From positions 4,474-68,473 of the forward strand of contig CAZFWP010000001.1 of the NCBI GenBank assembly GCA_964522805.1: 64,000 nt of DNA. Direction: 5' to 3'. The DNA comes from an uncultured Synergistaceae bacterium (lineage in GTDB: Bacteria; Synergistota; Synergistia; Synergistales; Synergistaceae). A program made the translations under genes and the position numbers. Of this stretch, positions 1 to 8,476 are shown piece after piece (the stretch's first letter is position 1; each line of letters begins with the position of its first letter). The notes beneath the pieces are model-generated. The model had not been told where the DNA came from. It was given only the letters and a program-made list of their open reading frames with translations, and made no database searches.

Positions 1-478
1 CAATATCCTCAAGGAATATTCGCGGCTCCATCAAACTCCAAAGTTCGCCTCCAAGGCGGCCACTTTGTTCAAAAACAGTGACTTGATATTTTCTGCCGCA
101 AAGGCGCAGCGCACAAGCCAAGCCACTGATGCCGCCGCCGATAACAGCAACCTTTTGGTCTTTGGGCGGCATGTTGTAGTTATTGGGCTTCACATTGGCA
201 GCGTATTTGACAGAAGCCTTTTCAAGAAGCTTCAGCTCCACCGCCCCGCCAAGATTCTTCCTCACGCAACTCTTAGAGCAGGGAGCGTCACAGAGAGAAG
301 AGACAATAAACGGAAAACCAACCGCATTGGCGTAGAGTCTGTAGGCAAGGTTAAAGCTTCCCCTTTGCACTCTGGAGATAAACTCCCTCATGTCAAAGTG
401 AAAGGGGCAATCGGAAACACAGCGAGGAACTTCTTTTTCAAGACAGCAGTTTTTTATTCTGCACTTCATATCATCCAT
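1..478 (-). CDS. NAD(P)/FAD-dependent oxidoreductase with a Cys-rich Fe-S N-terminus (glutamate synthase small-subunit / GltD-like). Only the 5' part is present; the gene continues past the left edge.
   Basis: Absent from the ORF track because it runs off the window. My minus-strand translation from the ATG at 478 reads MDDMKCRIKNCCLEKEVPRCVSDCPFHFDM...NYNMPPKDQKVAVIGGGISGLACALRLCGRKYQVTVFEQSGRLGGEL. That is a Cys cluster followed by a GxGxxG Rossmann fold with an acidic residue ending beta-2. The listed + ORF 65..493 is its antisense shadow. Confidence 0.7.
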   Translation of the reverse strand, partial: MDDMKCRIKNCCLEKEVPRCVSDCPFHFDMREFISRVQRGSFNLAYRLYANAVGFPFIVSSLCDAPCSKSCVRKNLGGAVELKLLEKASVKYAANVKPNNYNMPPKDQKVAVIGGGISGLACALRLCGRKYQVTVFEQSGRLGGELWSLMEPRIFLEDI

Positions 479-589
479 AAAAACCACCCCTGAATTTTAA
501 TAAAACCCGGACCAAATATTAAAGGTCCGGGTTTATAAAATACTCGATTTTTGTGAGCTTGAAAATATTTTGGTGATTTTATTCCGGAT

Positions 590-3511
590 TTAGAAGAATT
601 TCTCTGCTCCGAGACCCAGTCCGACAAAGTAGTCTGTAGAGGTATCGGACTTAACGGGGTTCGCCTTAATGTTTTCCAGCTCTTCATAAAGGTCTGAGCC
701 GAGGAAGTACTTCTTGGGAGCTTCCGGCTTTTTGCCGGCTGCGATGGCCTCAAGCCCGGCCTTTACCTTGGCAGGCAGAGCGGGAAGTTCATGGATACGC
801 ACGCCGCAGCCATTGTAGATGGCGTTGATTACCGCCATGTGACCGGAGGACTGGAACGCCTCTGACGCTCCCGATGAACCGAAGGGTCCGACTTCGTCCG
901 GTCTCTCATAGTGAATGACGTTGATTTCATCGGGGATATCCTTAATATAGGGCACACCGCTGGAGGCGATGTTCGTGTGCTTCTTAACATCATCGTAGTT
1001 TTCGCTGAGAGCAAAGCCGATGCTGTGTGAGATACCGCCGTATGCCTGTCCGTTAACGGCCGCGATATTACCGACCTTACCCACGTCGTCAACACAGGTG
1101 AAGCGCAGCACTGTTGTTTTGCCCGTAGCTGTATCCACTTCCACTTCCGCCAAATTGAGACAGTAAGTATAAGCAGGTGTGGGGTCGCCGATGCCGGTAT
1201 TAGGGTTGAGACGGCAAAGTCCCGGAACAGAGGTGTTGGAGTAGGAGCCGACATATTTTGTTTCGATACCTTCTGCCTTCATCTCATCATAAGTTCTGAA
1301 GGTGCCGTCAGGTTTTCTCATGGCGTTAATCAGCTGCTCTGCGGCAATAATTGTCGCGCGTCCGCTCATGAAGTGAGTACGGCTCGCTCCTGACATACCA
1401 CTGTCAGGGCAAAGTTTGGTATCGTTCTGTACAAGGCGGATCATCTCAGGGGTAACTCCGAGCGGCTTCAAGGCCTCCAGTGTGAGCATCAGAGAACCGA
1501 TGTCTCCTCCCTGGCCGAGTTCCTGATATGTGTCATACTTTGTGAATGTTCCGTCCGGATTAAGCTCAATCGCCGCAGAGGCTTTATCTTCTCCGCCTTC
1601 GGTGACGTTGAATCCGCCCCAAGCAAGTCCCACGCCGCGGCGCTTCTGCGGGGTATCGGAGGCCTTGGCCTCGGCTACCGCCTTGTCATATATGGGCTTC
1701 ATCAGCTTCATCATCTCTTCCATCGGGTACTGGCGGAAAGGATAGCTGTTGATATTAGTATCGCCTTCACGGGCAATGTTGCGCCAGCGGAACTCAAACG
1801 GGTCGATACCGGCCTCTTCGGCGAGCATGTCCATTAACGCTTCGCTCAAGGTGTAAGCCTGGGGGGAGCCGTAGCTGCGGTAGGCCGTACCGAAATTATG
1901 ATTGGTATTGGCTACGCGCGCCAGCCCGGCAACGTTGGGAATATTGTAGGGGAAGAAAGCGAAACGCGGCTGTTTGGTCATGCAGTCATCGCCGCCCCAT
2001 GAGTAGGCACCGTGGTCGAGTCCGAATTCAAATTCAGCTGCTATTATTTTGCCGTCTTTATCACAAGCGAGTCTGCCGTTTGAGTGGCACGGGCAGCGTT
2101 TGCCTGAGAAGTGCTGGTGCTCTTCGTAGCTCATGGAAAGGGCTACCGGTGCCTGCAGAACCATCGCCGCGGCACCTGCAAGGCAGAGGTCGCCTGCGTT
2201 TGTTGACCAGCCAAAACTAGCCCCTGTCGGATTCATTACCACACGCATTTTATTTTTCGGCATGCCTATTGAGTCGCCGATACGACCTATTGATGAGTAT
2301 ACGCCCTGTGATTTGCACTGGAACGTAAGATATCCTTCCTCATCAAAGTACGCCTGAACAGAGTCCCCTTCTATGGAGAGGTGGGGTTCGCGTGATGAAT
2401 AGAAGCTTCCTTCGGTTTTAAAATCAGCATTGTCAATTAACTCTGCCACCTTAGAGGCATCTTCAAGTCCTACACCCTTGAGTACAGGCTGCTGGCAGAA
2501 AATATTGGGTGTATCTTCGTGGATACGTTTCGCGTCGGGCATAGCGGCTTCCAAGAAGTTCAGATATTCAGGGAGTTTTTCGATTTCAACCTTTACCTTC
2601 GCAGCGGCATCACGGGCATGTTCTTTGCTGTCCGCAGCGACAAGAGCTACAACGTCTCCGTAACGATAGATAACTTCATCGTTCAAAACTTTACGGCTGG
2701 GGAAACGCACGGTGCTTCTTTCGTGAAAATTACCCTCCGCCATAATGTTGGAACCACCGGCCTTTTTAATATCTTCAGCCAGAATGATTTTTGAAACACC
2801 CGGCATCTGCTCCGCTTCGGCAGTGTCTATCTTCACTATCTTCGCATGATGAGCAAGCCTCGGCTGAACCATGGCCACGTGGTATGAGCGCCTCGGCATC
2901 TTCAGTTCCTGGTCGTCGCCATAATCGGCAAGTCCGCAAACTTTAGCGATAGCTGTCGGACGTACAAGAGGCTTACCGTAGTATTCTTTGTCCTCAGGCA
3001 TTTTGACCATAATATCTTCAATTGTGGCCTCATTGCGCATGACCTTAGCAGCGTCCATAACTGCGTCAACTATCTGCTTATAGCCAGTGCAGCGGCAGAC
3101 ATTGCGGTTTTTATGGAACCAGTCGCGAACCTCTTCGCGTGTGGGATTGTTGTTCTTTGAAAGAAGCCCATAAGCCGCGACAACAAAACCGGGAGTGCAG
3201 AATCCGCACTGAATAGCTCCGGCATTCATAAACGCCACCTGTATCGGGTGGAGATTATTGGGTGTGCCGATTCCTTCAACAGTGGTTACTGTGCTGTATT
3301 CATCTACTTTTGACATTTTTCTCGCGCAGGAACGCACGAGTTCTCCGTTCAGCATAACCGAACAGGAGCCGCAGACACCGATTCCGCAGCCAACTTTTAC
3401 ACTTGTCAGCCCAAGGCGGCGAAGTACCTCTGCTAGAGATTCCTTTTCCGGGTCACACATAAACATGCGGTTTGCACCATTAATTGTGAGCCACATCTTC
3501 TTTAACGCCAT
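590..3511 (-). CDS. Molybdopterin-dependent aldehyde oxidoreductase, single-chain Mop type (xanthine dehydrogenase family with fused 2x[2Fe-2S] N-terminus)
   Basis: 973-aa ORF. The N-terminus carries both [2Fe-2S] motifs (CGIGVCGSCSV..C and CGFCTPG...CRCTGY). A long Mo-hydroxylase body follows in the same chain, the architecture known from Desulfovibrio Mop. Confidence 0.9.
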   Translation of the reverse strand: MALKKMWLTINGANRMFMCDPEKESLAEVLRRLGLTSVKVGCGIGVCGSCSVMLNGELVRSCARKMSKVDEYSTVTTVEGIGTPNNLHPIQVAFMNAGAIQCGFCTPGFVVAAYGLLSKNNNPTREEVRDWFHKNRNVCRCTGYKQIVDAVMDAAKVMRNEATIEDIMVKMPEDKEYYGKPLVRPTAIAKVCGLADYGDDQELKMPRRSYHVAMVQPRLAHHAKIVKIDTAEAEQMPGVSKIILAEDIKKAGGSNIMAEGNFHERSTVRFPSRKVLNDEVIYRYGDVVALVAADSKEHARDAAAKVKVEIEKLPEYLNFLEAAMPDAKRIHEDTPNIFCQQPVLKGVGLEDASKVAELIDNADFKTEGSFYSSREPHLSIEGDSVQAYFDEEGYLTFQCKSQGVYSSIGRIGDSIGMPKNKMRVVMNPTGASFGWSTNAGDLCLAGAAAMVLQAPVALSMSYEEHQHFSGKRCPCHSNGRLACDKDGKIIAAEFEFGLDHGAYSWGGDDCMTKQPRFAFFPYNIPNVAGLARVANTNHNFGTAYRSYGSPQAYTLSEALMDMLAEEAGIDPFEFRWRNIAREGDTNINSYPFRQYPMEEMMKLMKPIYDKAVAEAKASDTPQKRRGVGLAWGGFNVTEGGEDKASAAIELNPDGTFTKYDTYQELGQGGDIGSLMLTLEALKPLGVTPEMIRLVQNDTKLCPDSGMSGASRTHFMSGRATIIAAEQLINAMRKPDGTFRTYDEMKAEGIETKYVGSYSNTSVPGLCRLNPNTGIGDPTPAYTYCLNLAEVEVDTATGKTTVLRFTCVDDVGKVGNIAAVNGQAYGGISHSIGFALSENYDDVKKHTNIASSGVPYIKDIPDEINVIHYERPDEVGPFGSSGASEAFQSSGHMAVINAIYNGCGVRIHELPALPAKVKAGLEAIAAGKKPEAPKKYFLGSDLYEELENIKANPVKSDTSTDYFVGLGLGAEKFF

Positions 3512-3535
3512 ATAAATTCACCCTCCATATTAGAT

Positions 3536-3916
3536 TTAGATGCTGATATATCCAAAGTCAACCAATAACTGCTTCGCGTGAAGGTATGTTTCTTTAACCA
3601 AATTCGGACAGATAACCGCCCTGTTGTATGGATTTCCTCCTGTGATATCCTCACAGTCAATGGAACCATACTTAGCGCACAGTTCATTTTGAAACCAGAA
3701 AACCATTTCTTTGACCATTTCCGTATTTTTTTCATCAAATAGTGCTAACATACATACGGCGGCGGTAAGAGCTCCGCAATTGAGCCCGCTGTGCATTCCG
3801 TGACAAAGAGACTTGGCTGCGCTGACGAACTGTTCGTTACTCTCTCCTTTCAGCTCCAAACCAAGGCGTATAATGATGCTTGAGCAGCAATGACCTTCGA
3901 GTTTGAGCTGATACAT
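3536..3916 (-). CDS. C_GCAxxG_C_C family putative redox-active protein
   Basis: 126 aa with conserved Cys pattern (HCCSS..., LNCGALTAAVCM, ...DCEDI...VICP). It lies 24 nt upstream of the Mop gene on the same strand. Confidence 0.65.
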   Translation of the reverse strand: MYQLKLEGHCCSSIIIRLGLELKGESNEQFVSAAKSLCHGMHSGLNCGALTAAVCMLALFDEKNTEMVKEMVFWFQNELCAKYGSIDCEDITGGNPYNRAVICPNLVKETYLHAKQLLVDFGYISI

Positions 3917-3973
3917 AAGTTTAAGATCCTCGTCTATCGGACAAGCACCCCCTTGAAAAATGTGAGTATCTCT

Positions 3974-4001
3974 ATACTAGTAACTGATAAATTATTGTCA
4001 A
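3974..4001 (-). promoter_or_regulatory. Candidate sigma70-type promoter of the C_GCAxxG/Mop operon
   Basis: Minus strand reads TTGACA (4001..3996), 16 nt, TAGTAT (3979..3974). It is about 60 nt upstream of the ATG at 3916. Confidence 0.4.
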
Positions 4002-4197
4002 TTTTAGGTTTATTATTCCGTTGAAAAGTTCATTTAAACTGCCTTATAATCCAATATTAATTAGTTTATTTTATGTTTTACGAACAAAACCAGGCAAAAT
4101 AATAAAAACACCGCAGTTATTGCAATTAAGTTGCATATAAAACTTCAGTCACGCCTTTTTCATTGATAAACTTTATAAAAACAAGCGGGGTGGTTTT

Positions 4198-5061
4198 ATG
4201 AATTTGTCAGAAAAGAATACAAAAAGTCTTTTACAAATACATGTGGCTGTACTTCTTTTTGGGATTGCGGGTCTATTTGGCAGATATATTTCACAGCCTG
4301 CCGTGATCATAACGCTGGGAAGAGTATTTTTTGCGGCTCTATCCATTATGGCGCTCTTTCGTCTGCGGGGAACTCAAATGTCGCTTAAAAACGGCAAAGA
4401 CGCAGCAGTGCTGATTGTGGCTGGAGTGATTCTCGCTTTTCATTGGACCTCTTTTTTCGCCTCAATTCAAGCCTCGACCGTGGCAATAGGGGTTCTGACT
4501 TTTTCCACCTATCCGCTTTTTGTCACTTTTATCGAGCCTCTTATATTCGGTTATAAGCTCAAAATATCAGACACAGCCTGCGCCCTGGCAATGTTTGCCG
4601 GAGTATGCATAATTGTTCCTGAATTTAGAATGGCAAACAGCTCCACGGAGGGAATTATCTGGGGTATGTGCTCGAGCTTTTCCTACGCTGTGATGTCCTT
4701 AATTAACAGAAAGTATGCGTTAAAATACAGCGGCAGCTTAATCGCGCTCTACGAACAGGGAACATCCGCAGTTGTGCTGCTGCCTGCGCTGTTTATTTTA
4801 AAACCTGCAGTGACCGCCACAGACATTTGGCCAATGCTGCTGTTAGGCGTGGTTTTCACTGCTGGAGCTCACTCGCTCTTTATCAGCGGCATGAAGCACG
4901 TCAGAGCGCAGACAGCGGGAATGATTTCAAGCTTGGAATCGCCCTACGGTATAGCTGCTGCTGCGTTGGTCTTTAGCGAAATTCCTCAGCTCAACGAAGT
5001 AATTGGCGGTGCTGTTATTTTAGCAGCAGCTCTGTGGTCCACTCTGAAGTCGAGAAATTAG
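4198..5061 (+). CDS. EamA/DMT-family permease
   Basis: 287 aa, hydrophobic throughout, about 10 predicted helices in two repeated halves typical of EamA domains. Confidence 0.8.
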   Translation: MNLSEKNTKSLLQIHVAVLLFGIAGLFGRYISQPAVIITLGRVFFAALSIMALFRLRGTQMSLKNGKDAAVLIVAGVILAFHWTSFFASIQASTVAIGVLTFSTYPLFVTFIEPLIFGYKLKISDTACALAMFAGVCIIVPEFRMANSSTEGIIWGMCSSFSYAVMSLINRKYALKYSGSLIALYEQGTSAVVLLPALFILKPAVTATDIWPMLLLGVVFTAGAHSLFISGMKHVRAQTAGMISSLESPYGIAAAALVFSEIPQLNEVIGGAVILAAALWSTLKSRN

Positions 5062-5227
5062 CCGCAGGTTTCATTTTACCCTTTTGGCGCGCCTTCAGTG
5101 AAAACTTACGTTAGCTAGCTGTGCCGGATGCTTTAAACAAAATAAAAACCCCGTATAAAACAGCAAGACCTGTCGGTGCGCTGGTAATACGGAGCGTTAG
5201 TTTGTTCTATAGCGCACTCTGCTACGG

Positions 5228-6214
5228 CTATTTTACCATTTTGGCATAAAGTGCTTCTGTCCTTTGGGTAATCCGCTCGATGGAGACGCCCTTTTGCATG
5301 GCATACCAGACGGCTCCGCCCATACCGACACCTTCTTTAATGAACCCTTTTTCGTAATCAGCAAGCCCCGGGTATTTTGAAGCGGAAAAATCAAGCGGCG
5401 CGGCATACCAGTCGACGCCGATGTGTTCCGCAAACTCCACAAAGCAGCCGGACTTGTCGTTTTTCACATATTTTGTTGTCGCCACCAACAAATCTCTGTC
5501 GTTTCCCATATCTTTTATCAGTGCCGCCACAGCCAGCATTTGCGTACCTCCGGCAAGTATTACCTCAACATCGCGTGGCAAAGCGGAGACAAAAGCGGCG
5601 ACGGCGATCTGCATCGCATCCCCTACTTCAGCGGCCGCCGTAAGCCCGCGTCCTTTAAGACCACCAAGCCCAATACCCAAGCGTTCGCATGTTTCACACC
5701 ATATTTTTTCTTTCAGCGAAAGAGGATTTATCGGCCCGGCGGAGGATACCATTCCTTCATAGCCGAGAGCACGCAGCAAAAGCAGCGCCGTCGTTGTCCC
5801 GCCTGGCACGGATTCGGCGATAACTATTTTTTTTGCCGGCAAGTCCGTTTCGGCTGCCAAGGCAGCAGAGCAGGAAGCAATATTCTCCCAGTCAGGAACA
5901 GCCATCACATAGCGAGGATCTCCAGAAGGCGTAGTTTTAATCTCTTTGAAGGGCGAGCAGGGAGGCACAGATGTTCCCACACGGACAGACATGACAGGAA
6001 AACCGCCCTCTATCAGAGCCGCTCTGGTGACAATGGCGGGACTGGGGTGTCCGAACGGGTCCAAGGGCATGTTATCCATAACTTTAGGTCTATCGTAAAA
6101 GAGCATGTCGGAATCGGCAGGAGCCGTGTAGGCAAGCGCCTCCGTGTTAGCTCCGGCAGCCGACAGCCCCGGCACTTTGCTAAGTTCTGTTTCACTTATA
6201 AATAGTGCGAACAT
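5228..6214 (-). CDS. TIGR00303/UPF0284 family protein (archaeal-type CobT-like nicotinate-nucleotide:dimethylbenzimidazole phosphoribosyltransferase homologue)
   Basis: 328 aa. N-terminal FALFISETELSKVPGLSAAGA and the ESVPGGTTTALLLLRALGY segment match my memory of this family. Confidence 0.7.
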   Translation of the reverse strand: MFALFISETELSKVPGLSAAGANTEALAYTAPADSDMLFYDRPKVMDNMPLDPFGHPSPAIVTRAALIEGGFPVMSVRVGTSVPPCSPFKEIKTTPSGDPRYVMAVPDWENIASCSAALAAETDLPAKKIVIAESVPGGTTTALLLLRALGYEGMVSSAGPINPLSLKEKIWCETCERLGIGLGGLKGRGLTAAAEVGDAMQIAVAAFVSALPRDVEVILAGGTQMLAVAALIKDMGNDRDLLVATTKYVKNDKSGCFVEFAEHIGVDWYAAPLDFSASKYPGLADYEKGFIKEGVGMGGAVWYAMQKGVSIERITQRTEALYAKMVK

Positions 6215-6393
6215 TTACGCTAATTTACCCCCTATACTTCACAACATTTTAGAGTTAGAATGACGCCATACCGGTTCTGCATTTGCAGAACAGTTCCTTT
6301 TTTGCGTACAAATCGTATAAAGATATTTTATCACATAATATATTTAGCAATTTCGATTTTTGCTTTGTATTTTAGATGGCAGGAGGTATTTAT

Positions 6394-7008
6394 GTGGCGA
6401 CAAAACTTGCACCCACGCGGGGCAACCTGGTTAAGCTCACTCGCTCAATGGAGATGGCGCAGTCAGGTCACGACCTCCTTGATCAGAAACGGCAAGTTCT
6501 GATGATGGAACTTGTACGTTTTATAGACTCAGCAAAGACAATTCAAGAGGACGTTGAGATGATCTTCCACAACGCCTATGAGGCTTTGCAGAAAGCCAAC
6601 ATCTCTCTTGGCATAGACACCGTCGAAGATATTTCCGAGTCAGTGCCTATAACTTCAGATATTGTGGTTCGTCTCCACTCGGTTATGGGAGTGGAAATTC
6701 CCGATGTTGACCCGCTGAGTGATGAAACAATACCAAGCTATTCCTTCCATGGCTCTTCAGGGGCAATGGACGCCGCGTATTCACAGTTTCGCAAAGTAAT
6801 GGTTCTTTTGGCACAGCTTGCCGAAGTTGAGACCAGTGTCTACCGTCTGGCTGTACAGATCAGAAAGACACACCGGCGCGTTAATGCGCTTGAAAAAGTT
6901 GTTATTCCGTCCAATGCGGCGGAGATAAGGTTCATCTCAGATGTCCTGGAAGAGGGCGACAGGGAAGACTTTACAAGAATGAAACTGGCTCAGAAAAAGA
7001 CAAAGTAG
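6394..7008 (+). CDS. atpD: V-type ATP synthase subunit D
   Basis: ATKLAPTRGNLVKLTRSMEMAQSGHDLLDQKRQVLMMEL is the typical subunit D N-terminus. The track starts at ATG 6376, but AGGAGG (6381-6386) sits 7 nt before an in-frame GTG at 6394, so that is the likelier start. Confidence 0.85.
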   Translation: MATKLAPTRGNLVKLTRSMEMAQSGHDLLDQKRQVLMMELVRFIDSAKTIQEDVEMIFHNAYEALQKANISLGIDTVEDISESVPITSDIVVRLHSVMGVEIPDVDPLSDETIPSYSFHGSSGAMDAAYSQFRKVMVLLAQLAEVETSVYRLAVQIRKTHRRVNALEKVVIPSNAAEIRFISDVLEEGDREDFTRMKLAQKKTK

Positions 7009-7031
7009 TCTTAATACCGGAGGTTATGCTC

Positions 7032-7373
7032 ATGAGTACATTGCAGGAAGTTCTGGCTGTTCTCCTTGGAGCCGAGTCAGAAGCAAAAAGGATTGTCAAC
7101 GATTCAAAAAATGAATCAGACAACTTTCTGCGCAGCGCGCAGGAAAAATTCGCAGGAGAAAGAACAAACCAGATGGCCTCTGCCAGAGAACAGGCAAAGG
7201 GTATTATGGAGACCGCCCTTAATTCAGCTCAGACCGAGGCTCATCAGATAGCTGAACTCGGTAAAGAGGAACGGGGCAGAATGCAGAGACGTTTTGAGGA
7301 GAATATTGATTCTGTAATTAACTCCATGGTCTCGGAAATAGCCGACAACTACTCCTCCAAAAGGAGAGCTTAA
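7032..7373 (+). CDS. V-type ATPase small coiled-coil peripheral-stalk subunit (G/H-like)
   Basis: About 113 aa, highly charged and Ala/Glu/Arg/Gln-rich with helical character, placed inside the V-ATPase operon. GGAGG lies 8 nt before ATG 7032. Confidence 0.6.
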   Translation: MSTLQEVLAVLLGAESEAKRIVNDSKNESDNFLRSAQEKFAGERTNQMASAREQAKGIMETALNSAQTEAHQIAELGKEERGRMQRRFEENIDSVINSMVSEIADNYSSKRRA

Positions 7374-7375
7374 GC

Positions 7376-8476
7376 TTGCCGCTCACATCGCACGGACAGT
7401 CGACAGCAATCGGTGTCAAAGCACACGTGCTCTTCAGTCAGCTGCTCAAACCGGAGGAATACTGGGGGCTGCTGAATCTGAACTCCACGACCGAGATTGC
7501 CGGCTTTCTAAAACAGACTGAAGGGTATAAAGAACACCTTGACCTTTTGCCGTTTGAAAAGGTTCACCGTGTTGATTTGGAAAATGCGGTGCGTTCGGCT
7601 GTTCTCTCCGAAGCCACCTCTTTTCTTTCATATTTAGCGGGCGCGGAGCGAGAGCTTTTTATCGACTGGCTCGGCTGGTATGAATCAGAACATCTCAAAA
7701 GTATTTTTCGCTGGATTCGCTCAAAAAGAATAGACCGTGACACGATGAGGAGCAGACTCTTCGCTGTGCCAGGTTCTAAAATTTCCTATGACCTGCTTTT
7801 AAACAGCAGGGATTTTTCGGAAGCTCTTGAGGCACTGCGCGACTCAAAATACTATGACATTCTTCGTGAGCCTGTAAAAAGGCTTATGGACGGAGACGAT
7901 TCACTTTTTTCTCTTGAGCTGGCAATCGACAATCTGGCGGAGACAAGAATATTTAACGACCTTAACAATATTTCTCCCAAGGATAAAAAGCTGCTCTCAA
8001 CTCTTTTCGGTACCAGAGTTGACCTGTTGAATCTTTACCATTTTCACCGCTGCACATGGTATTACCATATGACGCTGGAGGAAACACTCAGCAGGATGCT
8101 GCCGGTGAAGTATAAGATCAAGACTCACCATTTGAGGGACATGTCCCGCGGTGGCACATGGGAGGATCGCCTTGACCGCTTTGAAAGTTCCTTCCCTGTT
8201 TACGCTAAGATATTCAGAGAAGCGCTTGAGCAGTCCGACAGAGAGCTGGCCCTTGAGATGTCCATCAAGCGCCATACATATCTCAAGGCACTGTCACTAT
8301 TCCAGAGCGGCGCACCCAGTTTCCACACGGCGATGAGCTATTTTATACTCAAATCCTATGAGTCAGACGACATCATCAGAATCATAGAAGATGTCCGATA
8401 TGACTATGACCGCGGATCTGCGGCCACGTACCTGATTAGACCTATTCTCAGCGGGGGTGAACCCATATGGCAGTAA
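7376..8476 (+). CDS. atpC: V-type ATP synthase subunit C (V0 d-type)
   Basis: 366 aa with operon position and size typical of subunit C. TTG start is preceded by GGAGAG. Confidence 0.8.
   Translation: MPLTSHGQSTAIGVKAHVLFSQLLKPEEYWGLLNLNSTTEIAGFLKQTEGYKEHLDLLPFEKVHRVDLENAVRSAVLSEATSFLSYLAGAERELFIDWLGWYESEHLKSIFRWIRSKRIDRDTMRSRLFAVPGSKISYDLLLNSRDFSEALEALRDSKYYDILREPVKRLMDGDDSLFSLELAIDNLAETRIFNDLNNISPKDKKLLSTLFGTRVDLLNLYHFHRCTWYYHMTLEETLSRMLPVKYKIKTHHLRDMSRGGTWEDRLDRFESSFPVYAKIFREALEQSDRELALEMSIKRHTYLKALSLFQSGAPSFHTAMSYFILKSYESDDIIRIIEDVRYDYDRGSAATYLIRPILSGGEPIWQ

Noticed and set aside
65-493. 142-aa + strand ORF at the left edge
   Set aside because: It is the antisense shadow of a much better minus-strand gene (Cys-rich domain plus a GxGxxG flavoprotein N-terminus) that runs off the window. 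Its own sequence has no recognisable features.
5423-6205. 260-aa + strand ORF (and neighbouring ORFs 5377-5643 and 5421-5762) inside the CobT-like gene
   Set aside because: Arg/Ser/Gly/Cys-rich, low-complexity translation typical of an antisense frame of a GC-rich gene. The minus-strand TIGR00303-like ORF explains the region.
6274-6303. + strand hairpin GTTCTGC-attt-GCAGAAC followed 6 nt later by TTTTTT, upstream of the V-ATPase operon
   Set aside because: It looks terminator-like, but there is no upstream + strand gene to terminate and the T-tract is detached from the stem. It could be a protein-binding palindrome in the divergent promoter region. The evidence is insufficient to call a feature.
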